Of a DNA stretch of 60,408 bases, positions 35,282 to 44,211 are shown piece by piece. The first letter of the stretch is position 1. The number at the start of each line of letters is the position of its first letter. The translations under genes were made by a program, and so were the position numbers. Origin of the DNA: Candidatus Woesearchaeota archaeon (GTDB lineage: Archaea > Nanobdellota > Nanobdellia > Woesearchaeales > UBA10216); the NCBI GenBank assembly GCA_016180085.1, contig JACPBX010000009.1, forward strand, positions 1 through 60,408, written 5' to 3'. The notes under the pieces were generated by a model. The model saw nothing but the letters and a program-made list of their open reading frames with translations, had not been told where the DNA came from and did no database searches.

Positions 35282-36358
35282 ATGGACATTGAAAAAAGAT
35301 TGGAGCTGATCAGGGAAGTCGGGGAGGAAATAATAACAGTTGATGAGCTCAGGCAGCTTCTTGAGACAAAGGACCATCCTGTGGCTTATGATGGTTTTGA
35401 GGCTTCAGGCCAGGTTCATATAGCCCAAGGGGTTATGAGGGCTATTAACGTCAACAAGATGATTAAGGCTGGCTGCAGGTTCAAGATGCTGGTTGCAGAC
35501 TGGCACGCCTGGGCAAACAACAAATTAGGAGGGGATTTGGAAAAAATAAGGGTATGCGGCGATTACCTGGTTGAGGTATGGAAAGCTTCCGGCATGGACC
35601 TGTCAGGGGTGCAGTTTGTGTATGCCTCCGACATTGTAAATGAAAAGGAATACTGGAAAAAGGTGTTGCAGATATCCCGCAACGCTACAATCCAGCGCAT
35701 TACCCGCACAGGCGAAATTATGGGCAGGAAGGAGTCAGAAATGCAGCAGGCATCCATGATTATCTATTCCTGCATGCAGGCTGCCGATATTTTTCAGCTG
35801 GAAGCTGACATCTGCCAGCTTGGCATGGACCAGCGCAAGGTCAACGTCCTAGCCAGGGAAATTGGCCCGAAGCTGGGCTTTTGGAAGCCTGTTATTGTGA
35901 GCCACCATATGCTTATGGGCTTAAGCGAGCCTAAGACAGATGTTAAGGATGCGACAGAAAGGGCTGTTGAGCTCAAGATGTCAAAGTCGAAGCCTGATAC
36001 GGCAATTTTCATGACTGACTCAGAGGCGGATATCAGGCGCAAGATAGGCAAGGCATACTGCCCTGAGAAAAAAGTTAATGAAAATCCTATTCTTGAATAC
36101 TGCCGCTACATCATCTTTGAAAAATTCGATATGCTGGAAATCAGTAGGCCTGAGAAGTTCGGCGGCGACCTCACTGTCGAAGGCTACAACGAATTGGAAA
36201 AGCTTTATGCTGATGGAAAAGTGCATCCTATGGACCTTAAAAACGCTGTTGCGGAAAAGCTCAACATACTGATTGAGCCTGTCAGGAAGCATTTTTCTAC
36301 AAATGCCAGGGCAAAGGGGCTTCTGGAGCAGGTCAGGAGCTTTGAAATAACAAGGTAA
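35282..36358 (+). CDS. tyrS: Tyrosyl-tRNA synthetase (archaeal)
   Basis: AYDGFEASGQVHIAQG; ADWHAWAN; MQAADIF; GMDQRK; KMSKS. Confidence 0.97.
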   Translation: MDIEKRLELIREVGEEIITVDELRQLLETKDHPVAYDGFEASGQVHIAQGVMRAINVNKMIKAGCRFKMLVADWHAWANNKLGGDLEKIRVCGDYLVEVWKASGMDLSGVQFVYASDIVNEKEYWKKVLQISRNATIQRITRTGEIMGRKESEMQQASMIIYSCMQAADIFQLEADICQLGMDQRKVNVLAREIGPKLGFWKPVIVSHHMLMGLSEPKTDVKDATERAVELKMSKSKPDTAIFMTDSEADIRRKIGKAYCPEKKVNENPILEYCRYIIFEKFDMLEISRPEKFGGDLTVEGYNELEKLYADGKVHPMDLKNAVAEKLNILIEPVRKHFSTNARAKGLLEQVRSFEITR

Positions 36359-36400
36359 GCGCGTAAGTCGCGCTTGTGAGGCGGAGTGTGAGGCATTAAA

Positions 36401-36925
36401 TTGAACCTGGAAAAAGCTGAGAGTCTGGAATTTGTGCAAAGCTGCGACGAGTTGAAGGAACTCGTTAACGCATGGAAGGCTCTTAAAGAAGCGCAGAAAC
36501 ATGGGGATCCCGCTTCCTGGAAGAAAATAGTTGACAAACTTGAAGAAGCGAGGGGGCATCTTGAGAGTGCAAAGAAACGCAACGAGAGGTTTAAGGGATT
36601 AGCCGGCCTTGTAGAGAATTATATAAGGCATGGGGCTAACCAGCCTGAAATGAATAGGGCTGTCATGACCGAACTGCAGGATGTTTTCGCCATGGCAACC
36701 GGTTTCGAAGCTGAACTAACTGGTATATCGAGGCAGGTGAAAGCTTTAATAGATATACCAGCTTGGAGGCTGGGGGCAGAGGCGGCAGCCAGCGGCAAAG
36801 GTCTTAGCTTTTCACAAATAAGAGACAGCATCGCGTTTGCCATTGGCGACCTTGAAAAAGTCATTGTGCTCCTGGCGAAAGCTATAAAGTGGGAAAACCG
36901 CTTCATAAACAATTCAGGCAGGTGA
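36401..36925 (+). CDS. Hypothetical all-helical protein
   Basis: Fills the tyrS-tldD gap on the same strand; helical pattern; no family recognised. Confidence 0.65.
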   Translation: MNLEKAESLEFVQSCDELKELVNAWKALKEAQKHGDPASWKKIVDKLEEARGHLESAKKRNERFKGLAGLVENYIRHGANQPEMNRAVMTELQDVFAMATGFEAELTGISRQVKALIDIPAWRLGAEAAASGKGLSFSQIRDSIAFAIGDLEKVIVLLAKAIKWENRFINNSGR

Positions 36926-36991
36926 TTTGCCGATAAACCGGACCAATAAAATTTATATATTGGCTGCCCGCAGCGGCTTTTGGAGATTTTT

Positions 36992-38455
36992 ATGCGTGCT
37001 GTTGCAAAACCTGTAAAGGCTTCTAAGTCTGTTGATGCGCTTGACCTCGACCTTGCGCGCTTTGCAATCGATTACGCCGGAAAGATTGGCGCAAGCTACG
37101 CTGATGCCCGTCTTGAATCCACGCAGGTCAATGGTTTTGTTCTGAAGAATGGCATTCCGCAAATAGCAGGGTTTGACCGGGTTTCTGGGATTGGCATCAG
37201 GGTTGTCATGGGCAGGACATTGGGCTTTGCATGCACTAATGATTTGGCAAGGGAAAACATAAGGCGTGTTGTGGAAAAGGCGGCGAAGCTGACAAAAGCT
37301 GCATCAAGAATAGGGGAGCAAACTGAATTCAGCGATGCAAAGCCTGAAGTTGCCAATTATGAGGTCAAACAGAAAGTAAAATTGGCTGATTTGGAGCCCA
37401 AGGACAAGCTAAAGGTGCTTTTTGACAGTGAGAAGGCAATAAAAACCGGCAAAGTTAACGTGCCAGGCAGGTTTTTCTCGATGTCTGACTTCTACACTGA
37501 GAGGTATTTTGCCAACAGCGAAGGCAGCAGGGTCCTCTCGAAAATCCCGAGGACTGACTTCTGGTACTTCGTAACAGTGGAGGAGGGCGGCAGGACTGCC
37601 CAGAGGTACTGGCAGTATGGCGCAGCTGGCGGATTTGAAACCATCACAGGCTATAACTTCCCAGAGTTGCTGGCTGCAGAGGTAAAAGCAACGCATATTA
37701 ACTTGAAAAAAGCGGGGCCAGCCCCAAAGGGGAAGGTTGATGTTGTTGTTGCGCCTCAGATAACCGGCATAATGGTGCATGAGAGCGTAGGCCACCCTTA
37801 CGAGGCAGACAGGGTTCTCGGGAGGGAAGCTGCACAGGCAGGGGAGTCGTTTATTTCAAGGGAAATGATTGGAACAAGGATAGGAAGCGAGACAGTTAAC
37901 ATAGTTGATGATCCCACAATTCCTGGCAGCTTTGGCTACTACTTGTATGACGACGAGGGCGTGAAAGCAAGGGAGCGGTGGCTGATTAAAAAAGGCATGA
38001 TAACTGAGCTCCTTCACAACCGAGAAACAGCGGCAATTGTTGGTGACAAAAGCAACGGTTCTGCGAGGGCAACAGGCTATGACCGCGAGCCGATAGTCAG
38101 GATGGCAAACACCGTGTTCAAGCCAGGTGACCACAAAGAGGGGGAGCTTATAGAGTCCGTTAAGTTTGGCGTTTACATCAAGAACTTTATGGAATGGAAT
38201 ATTGATGACAAAAGGCTTAATGCCAAATACTCTGGTGCAGAGGCTTACATGATACGAAATGGGAAGCTTGCTGAGCCCGTCTGGAGGCCCACGATTGAGA
38301 TTTCAACACCAAAGCTTTGGAGCTCTGTTGATGCGGCAGCAGACAACATGGAATACCACGCTGGCACTTGTGGAAAGGCAGAGCCGATGCAGGCAATACC
38401 TGTATGGTTTGGAGGCCCAAGCCTCAGGATAAGGAACATTAAGCTTGGCACTTAG
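36992..38455 (+). CDS. tldD: TldD metalloprotease
   Basis: YADARLE; GIMVHESVGHPYEADR (HExxxH); PTIPGSFGYY.YDDEG; PIVRMANT; GTCGK. Confidence 0.95.
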   Translation: MRAVAKPVKASKSVDALDLDLARFAIDYAGKIGASYADARLESTQVNGFVLKNGIPQIAGFDRVSGIGIRVVMGRTLGFACTNDLARENIRRVVEKAAKLTKAASRIGEQTEFSDAKPEVANYEVKQKVKLADLEPKDKLKVLFDSEKAIKTGKVNVPGRFFSMSDFYTERYFANSEGSRVLSKIPRTDFWYFVTVEEGGRTAQRYWQYGAAGGFETITGYNFPELLAAEVKATHINLKKAGPAPKGKVDVVVAPQITGIMVHESVGHPYEADRVLGREAAQAGESFISREMIGTRIGSETVNIVDDPTIPGSFGYYLYDDEGVKARERWLIKKGMITELLHNRETAAIVGDKSNGSARATGYDREPIVRMANTVFKPGDHKEGELIESVKFGVYIKNFMEWNIDDKRLNAKYSGAEAYMIRNGKLAEPVWRPTIEISTPKLWSSVDAAADNMEYHAGTCGKAEPMQAIPVWFGGPSLRIRNIKLGT

Positions 38456-38471
38456 TGGGGCTTAAATTAAA

Positions 38472-39842
38472 ATGGCGGCAGAGATTGATTTGGAAACGAA
38501 GAAGACGGAAGATCCTCGTTCAATAGCCGCATATTTGGTCTCGCGGCTGAAGAAAAAAGGCGCTGACGATGTGGTGGTGTCGGCTTCCAGAGAAGAGGCA
38601 GCGCAGCTCAAGTTCTCAAACAGCCTCATTTCAACAACACAATCGTGGCAGTCAGACAAGCTTAACATATTTGTTGCCATTGATAAAAAACTTGTTGGCA
38701 CAAGCATCAGGGATATGTCAAAGCCTGCAGCTGATGACGCCGTCACCAAGTTGCTTAAATTCGCTGCTGCAGCCGCCCCAAACAGGGAGTATATGGGGAT
38801 TGCAGAGGGGCCTTTCAGGTATTCGGGCATTCCTGAAACTTATGACAAGGCGATTGCAGGGCTAGGTGAAACTGCTGTTGACATACTAAGTGGCGCAATC
38901 AATGTTGCAAAAAATAATGGAGCGAAGAGAACGGCGGGCGTGCTTGAGACGACGGTATCCAGCTCTTACCTGCTGACATCAAATGGTGTTGAGGCAGAAG
39001 ACACAGGTACACAGGCGTATTTTTCGATACGGGCTTTTGTTGACAAATACGCCTCCGGCCACCACGTCTGCAACTCCAGGGTATTGAGAAAGTTCATGCC
39101 AGAGGCAAGTGCGGAAAAGGCTGCGACGATAGCGAAGCAGGCCGTAAACCCGAAGAATGGCACCCCTGGCACCTACGACATTATTTTTGCACCACTCCCG
39201 TTTGCAAATCTCATTGAAAGCGTAGGCAAGGCCTCTTCAATTTTCAATGTGGAGTCAAAGCTTTCCTGCCTTGCTGAGAAAATTGGGAAACGTGTCGGAA
39301 GTGAAAATGTCACGCTGGTTGATGACGGCAGGCTGCCAAACGGGTTTAATAGCGTGAGGTTTGACGAAGAGGGGGTTCCAACTCAGAAAAACGTGATTAT
39401 TGATAGGGGAGTCCTGAAAACTTATCTGCACAACACATCTACTGCGAGAAGGCACAAGACAAAAACAACAGCCAATGCCGGGCTTGTGACCCCTCTGCCA
39501 TTTAACCTAATTTTTGAAAAAGGAAAATTTAATAAGGAAGAGATGATTGGGCAGGTTAAGCGCGGGCTTATAGTCACAAACGTTTGGTACACCAGGTTCC
39601 AGAACTACGAGGCAGGGGATTTTTCGACCATCCCGAGGGACGGCATATTCCTTATTGAGAACGGCAAGGTTACTGCTCCGGTTAAGGAGCTGAGGATCAG
39701 CGACAACCTTATTCACATTTTGCAGAGCATTGCTGCAGTTGGAAAAGACCAGGAAGCCCTGTTCGGCTGGGAGGTCGAGATTCCGACACTAACCCCTCCT
39801 GTGCTTGTGAAGGGCGTCAGGGTCACAAAATCCGCAGAGTAA
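38472..39842 (+). CDS. tldE: TldE/PmbA protein
   Basis: Follows tldD; FDEEGVPT; GVLKTYLHN; TRFQN..GDFST; lacks HExxxH. Confidence 0.92.
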   Translation: MAAEIDLETKKTEDPRSIAAYLVSRLKKKGADDVVVSASREEAAQLKFSNSLISTTQSWQSDKLNIFVAIDKKLVGTSIRDMSKPAADDAVTKLLKFAAAAAPNREYMGIAEGPFRYSGIPETYDKAIAGLGETAVDILSGAINVAKNNGAKRTAGVLETTVSSSYLLTSNGVEAEDTGTQAYFSIRAFVDKYASGHHVCNSRVLRKFMPEASAEKAATIAKQAVNPKNGTPGTYDIIFAPLPFANLIESVGKASSIFNVESKLSCLAEKIGKRVGSENVTLVDDGRLPNGFNSVRFDEEGVPTQKNVIIDRGVLKTYLHNTSTARRHKTKTTANAGLVTPLPFNLIFEKGKFNKEEMIGQVKRGLIVTNVWYTRFQNYEAGDFSTIPRDGIFLIENGKVTAPVKELRISDNLIHILQSIAAVGKDQEALFGWEVEIPTLTPPVLVKGVRVTKSAE

Positions 39843-39873
39843 GACCATTGATAAGTGAAAGAGGTGTGCCAAA

Positions 39874-41034
39874 ATAGCTGCTGAAAGTAGTGATGGCAAC
39901 AGCATCAGCAATGTTGATAATCTTGGTGATGCTGTTTACAGTTACGCACTTGCCAGGCTGGAAGAGGAAAATGCAATTCTCAGGGAGACCCTGGCGCACT
40001 TAAAGGAAGACATTGACCGGTTCAAGCGCTCCCCGTTGATGCTGTGCGAGGTGATGGCCTTGAGGGGGGGCAATTGCATAATAAAAATGCCAAACGGCAA
40101 CCAGTTTTTCGTTGACGTGCTTTCAGACTGCGGGAAACTAAAAGCCGGCGATATGGTTTTTGTGGAGCAAAAAAACCTCTCTGTTGTAAGAAAAGCCAAT
40201 ATTGCCAGGAGATTTAGCGTTGAAAAGTTTGTTATTGTTGAAAAGCCAAATGTGGAATGGAAGGACATTGGTGGTTTGGAGGAGCAGGTAAGGGAAATAA
40301 GGGAGATCGTTGAGCTCCCCTTGAACAAGCCAGAGCTTTTTGAGCAGGTTGGCATCCAGCCCCCAAAGGGCGTCCTCCTTCACGGCCCGCCCGGAACAGG
40401 AAAAACGCTTCTTGCAAAGGCTGTTGCGATGGCAACAAATTCAACGTTTATTGAAGTAGTCGGCTCTGAATTGGTCCAGAAGTTTATAGGCGAAGGGGCA
40501 AAGCTTGTAAAGGAGATTTTCCATCTTGCACGGGAGAAAGCCCCTTCCATAATATTCATAGACGAGCTTGACGCCCTTGCCGCCAGGAGGGTTGATGTTG
40601 GGACATCAGGCGAGAGGGAAGTCCAGCGCACTTTTATGCAGCTGCTTGCCGAGATTGACGGCTTCAAGAGCCTTGGCAACGTGAAGGTCATTGGCTGCAC
40701 AAATAGAAAGGACATACTTGACCCTGCCATAATGAGGCCGGGAAGGCTTGAAAGGCACATATACTTCTCTTTGCCCGCAAAAGCCGCGAGAAAAGAGATA
40801 TTTGGCATCCACGCGAAGCACATGAGCCTTGGCGCGGTTGATTTCGAGCAGGTTATCAGCACAACCGAAAACTTCACTGGAGCCGACATAAGGTCTGTCT
40901 GCACAGAAGCAGGCTATTTTGCCATACGCGAGGACAGAACAGCTGTAGAAACGAGGGATTTCATGAGCGCAATCGCCAAGCTAAAGAGCAAGGAAGAAAC
41001 CGAGAGCACGGAATACGTAGCGATGTTTGGGTGA
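39874..41034 (+). CDS. pan: Proteasome-activating nucleotidase (PAN); probable non-canonical ATA start at 39874
   Basis: DIGGLEEQVREIRE.VELPL; GVLLHGPPGTGKTLLAKA; IFIDELDA; EVQRTFMQLLAEIDGF; RPGRLER; the frame is open 5' of the track start through the coiled coil. Confidence 0.93.
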   Translation: MAAESSDGNSISNVDNLGDAVYSYALARLEEENAILRETLAHLKEDIDRFKRSPLMLCEVMALRGGNCIIKMPNGNQFFVDVLSDCGKLKAGDMVFVEQKNLSVVRKANIARRFSVEKFVIVEKPNVEWKDIGGLEEQVREIREIVELPLNKPELFEQVGIQPPKGVLLHGPPGTGKTLLAKAVAMATNSTFIEVVGSELVQKFIGEGAKLVKEIFHLAREKAPSIIFIDELDALAARRVDVGTSGEREVQRTFMQLLAEIDGFKSLGNVKVIGCTNRKDILDPAIMRPGRLERHIYFSLPAKAARKEIFGIHAKHMSLGAVDFEQVISTTENFTGADIRSVCTEAGYFAIREDRTAVETRDFMSAIAKLKSKEETESTEYVAMFG

Positions 41035-41100
41035 TGCGGCAGTAAATGAAAAATTGTTCTGCTACAGACTTCTGTAGTTCTAAATCAACAAATGTTTGCG

Positions 41101-41697
41101 CTATGCGCCGGGCTGGCCAAGAAATTTGTCAATTTGGCCTTCGAGCCGAAACATTGTTACAAGTTGGTTGCGGATTGTGACTAATTGCCCAGAAGCCTCA
41201 ATAAAATTGCGGCTGATGCCTTGAGCGTATTTTTTCGAAAAGCCTCTTTGCATGCGCGAAGCCACATCCAGCTTCTCTGCTTCCCGTACTTTTTTAATAA
41301 CAGAGTCCAATTCCTTTTCAAGATCAAGTTCGAACGTAGTGGTTTTTTTGAGTACGGCATCCACAAACCGGGCTAGGCGACCTCCTGAACGTGTTTGTTG
41401 CTTAAATCGCCTAAATTTCTGGCTTAGCTGCTCAACTCTCCTGGCATGTTTCTTGGCATCATTTAGGTTTTGAATGACTGAGTCGTATAGGCTAGAGTTA
41501 CGTGCTGGCGGATTCTGCATTAGGTTTATTATCCCTGTTCTTGCAGCCCAGATTTCCAGCAATTCCACATATTCTTCTCTTCGTTCTTGAGTAGCCACGT
41601 CTAAACATCTCCCGGTGATAAATTCTACAAAATGGCGCTTAAGCTTAAAAACTTTTTGGAAAGAATTGCGTGCTCTCCAGTTACTCCCGTTCTTCAT
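41101..41697 (-). CDS. Hypothetical helical protein
   Basis: Only long ORF in the gap; TATA-like TTTAAATA upstream; no family recognised. Confidence 0.6.
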   Translation of the reverse strand: MKNGSNWRARNSFQKVFKLKRHFVEFITGRCLDVATQERREEYVELLEIWAARTGIINLMQNPPARNSSLYDSVIQNLNDAKKHARRVEQLSQKFRRFKQQTRSGGRLARFVDAVLKKTTTFELDLEKELDSVIKKVREAEKLDVASRMQRGFSKKYAQGISRNFIEASGQLVTIRNQLVTMFRLEGQIDKFLGQPGA

Positions 41698-41788
41698 CCT
41701 TTCGTCAGAGGGTGTTCACGCGATCATTGCACGCACAAAAGAGTAAGAAGGAATAATATTTAAAACCTTCGGCAGATTACGCCATGAT

Positions 41789-42331
41789 ATGGGCATAAAA
41801 CAGGTTTCCGGGGCAGCCTACTGGTTTGAGCTTCTGCACCCAGACTACCTTGAACCGGACTGCGAGGTCAGGGCAATTTCCTGTCTGGATGCTGATGAAC
41901 TGAAAGGGGAGGGAATAAAGGCGCTTATTTTTGACGCTGACCAGACTATTTGTGGCTGGCATGGTACTTCTGTTGACGGGAGAGTCGCTGATGCTTTTGC
42001 AAATCTGACAAGCTCTTTCTCTTCGTGCCTGCTTTCAAACGCGCCAACTGAAAGGAGAAACGAATTACACGGGTATTTTGGCATACCTGTTGTTGACACG
42101 CCAATAAAAAAACCTATGGCTGGCGCCTTTAAAGCCGCGTTGGAGCTTCTCAAAACCCAACCACATGAGACGGCAATGATAGGCGATAGGTTGCTGACAG
42201 ATATTACTGGTGCAAAAGCGTTGGGGATTTATACGATAAAAGTACATCCTTTGTACCCGTTCAGGGAGCCTTGGCGGGTGATGCTCGCTCGGGGTTTCGA
42301 AAATATGCTATGGGTAGAGGCTCGTTCTTAG
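41789..42331 (+). CDS. HAD-superfamily IIIA phosphatase, YqeG-like
   Basis: GIKALIFDADQT (DxDxT); LLSN; KKP; AMIGDRLLTDI.GA..LG. Confidence 0.9.
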   Translation: MGIKQVSGAAYWFELLHPDYLEPDCEVRAISCLDADELKGEGIKALIFDADQTICGWHGTSVDGRVADAFANLTSSFSSCLLSNAPTERRNELHGYFGIPVVDTPIKKPMAGAFKAALELLKTQPHETAMIGDRLLTDITGAKALGIYTIKVHPLYPFREPWRVMLARGFENMLWVEARS

Positions 42332-42342
42332 TTGCCCCGCCT

Positions 42343-43146
42343 TCACGCCTGCCGTCCTTGTACCTTAAAGTCAACACACACCCTGTAAGCCCTTGGTGCG
42401 AGCTGGCCGCATTTCACAACATCTAAGATTTTAATCCTCTTTTTTTTAGCTGCGGTAGCTGCTGTTGTGACTTTCTCTACTGATTTTTGCGGTATATCTT
42501 CCTCTTTTTCAAAATCGTAGAAGTGAATGATTGCGCCTTTTTTGGCTGCGGTAAACGCCACATCAAGAAAGCTCTCGGCTCCTTTTGGCAGTGGCATTAC
42601 TATTCTGTCAAACTTTTTCTTTAGTTTCGGGATTATTTTTTTCACGTCGCCGCAGTATAAGCGCACTTTGCTGTCGACTTTGTTTAGTTTTACGTTTTCA
42701 GCGGCGTATTTGTGGGCTGTTTTATTTAGCTCTATGCCATAAACCAATTTGGCGGGGGCGTTTTTTGCTATCTCAATTGCAAATGGCCCAACTCCGGAAA
42801 ACATAACCAACACGGTTTCTAGTTTCCTTATTTGCAGGAACACCCTTTTCCTCTCGGTTGCTTGGCGGGGGGAAAAGTAAACCTTTGCAATGTCGAGATT
42901 CAGCAGCACATTGTTTTCCTTGTGGGTTGTTACTGTTCTCTTTTCGCCAAGGATGTGCTTTAGTTTTTGCAGCCGCAGCTTGCCTTCGTGGCCTCCTATG
43001 CGTTTATACACTGCCTTGATGTTTTTCTGCTGCTGCATTATTTTTTCGGCTGAGGCTTTTTCTTTTCCTTTCAGCTCCTCAGGTGCCTCTATTAAAGCTA
43101 CGTCGCCAATAATGTCAAATGCCCTTATGCTTCCGGTGCGAGTCAT
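42343..43146 (-). CDS. trm5: Trm5/Tyw2-family tRNA methyltransferase (short form lacking the N-terminal D1 domain)
   Basis: AFDIIGDVA; HKENN; KVYFSPR; VLVMFSGVGPF; DRIVMPLP. Confidence 0.88.
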   Translation of the reverse strand: MTRTGSIRAFDIIGDVALIEAPEELKGKEKASAEKIMQQQKNIKAVYKRIGGHEGKLRLQKLKHILGEKRTVTTHKENNVLLNLDIAKVYFSPRQATERKRVFLQIRKLETVLVMFSGVGPFAIEIAKNAPAKLVYGIELNKTAHKYAAENVKLNKVDSKVRLYCGDVKKIIPKLKKKFDRIVMPLPKGAESFLDVAFTAAKKGAIIHFYDFEKEEDIPQKSVEKVTTAATAAKKKRIKILDVVKCGQLAPRAYRVCVDFKVQGRQA

Positions 43147-43147
43147 T

Positions 43148-44182
43148 TTAGTTGAAGAAATCACCAAGCCCTTTCTGCCGTTTAGTTGCGGCTGCATTGC
43201 CGAGTTCTTCGATCTGCTTTTCAACCCTTTGCTCTGAGAAATCGTGCATTCCGCATAGTATTTTAACTAGCTTGGCGGCATTTATCTGGCCGAATTCTAT
43301 TTTGTAATCGTTGGTGACTTTTGGATGCTCAAAAAGCTCAAGGACGTCCTGCCACGGGTAGCTGAAGCGCCCGCCCCAGCCGGCAGCGGCAAATATCTTC
43401 CCGGGCGTTTTCTGCTCTTTTACCATCTTAAGGGCTGTTTTTGGGCCTATGCCTTTTATGCCTCCTGTGTTGTAGTCTGTGCCGACAAGCATGGCAAGGC
43501 AGATTAACTGCTGCTGTGTTATGCCCAGTGAAGAAAGCACTTCTTCAAGCAGTATGAGCTCAGGCTCTACGCGGTTGTAGCCAAGGCTGCCCGCCTGCTT
43601 TCTCTTTCCTTCAATTGACAGGTTCCTTACAACCCTTGTAGCGCCGAAAAGCAGGCTATCGGCATCCTGGGAAGCTATCGCATAGGCATCTTTTTTTGCC
43701 ACCATGTGCGAAGCTTGGGCTTCGCCTTCGCCTGGTGATTGAATCACGGGCAGCCCAAGCGCGTCTATGACTTCCTTGGCATCAGAAATCATTTCCTGCG
43801 TGAGCCTTGTTGACCTTACTGCGAATTTCTTCATCTCCTCGACGTTTCCTTCCTTTTCTGCTGCGGCATATTTCTCAATTGCTGCTTCTTTTGCCTCGGC
43901 TCTTTTCCTTATTTCCAGCTTTTTCAGTTTTGGGGCTTCGCCGTCAAACACGTAAACCGGTTTTATGCCGAGTTTCATTAGGTGCGTTGTCCTTGTAAAC
44001 AGGCCAATCAGGTGGGAAGTCACGTTGCCTTTCGAATCGGTAAAGAAAGCGCCATCAGGCGCCCTTATTGTGGTCAGGAACTGGTAGAGGTGGTTGGCTG
44101 CGTCTATAGCAACTACTTTATTGCTGAAGTCTTCAAGTTTTGCCTCCTTTCTAGGCAGCAGCTCTGTTATTTGGACGCCCAT
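43148..44182 (-). CDS. fen: Flap endonuclease 1
   Basis: MGVQIT; AIDA.N.LYQFL..IR; PVYVFDG; EGEAQAS; SQDADSLLFGA; GTDYN.GG.KGIGPKTAL; C-terminal PIP box QKGLGDFF. Confidence 0.98.
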   Translation of the reverse strand: MGVQITELLPRKEAKLEDFSNKVVAIDAANHLYQFLTTIRAPDGAFFTDSKGNVTSHLIGLFTRTTHLMKLGIKPVYVFDGEAPKLKKLEIRKRAEAKEAAIEKYAAAEKEGNVEEMKKFAVRSTRLTQEMISDAKEVIDALGLPVIQSPGEGEAQASHMVAKKDAYAIASQDADSLLFGATRVVRNLSIEGKRKQAGSLGYNRVEPELILLEEVLSSLGITQQQLICLAMLVGTDYNTGGIKGIGPKTALKMVKEQKTPGKIFAAAGWGGRFSYPWQDVLELFEHPKVTNDYKIEFGQINAAKLVKILCGMHDFSEQRVEKQIEELGNAAATKRQKGLGDFFN

Positions 44183-44211
44183 CTTGCAGAAACAGGTCAA
44201 CTGCAGCCATT

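Noticed and set aside
34232-35300. CRISPR array near cas4
   Set aside because: No regularly spaced 25-40 nt repeats with unique spacers; the TGTCCAGTG repeats are too short and irregular
35069-35377. N-terminal extensions of cas4 (to 35377) and tyrS (from 35162) in the ORF track
   Set aside because: They would overlap each other and both promoters; the homology starts and TATA positions support ATG 35068 and ATG 35282
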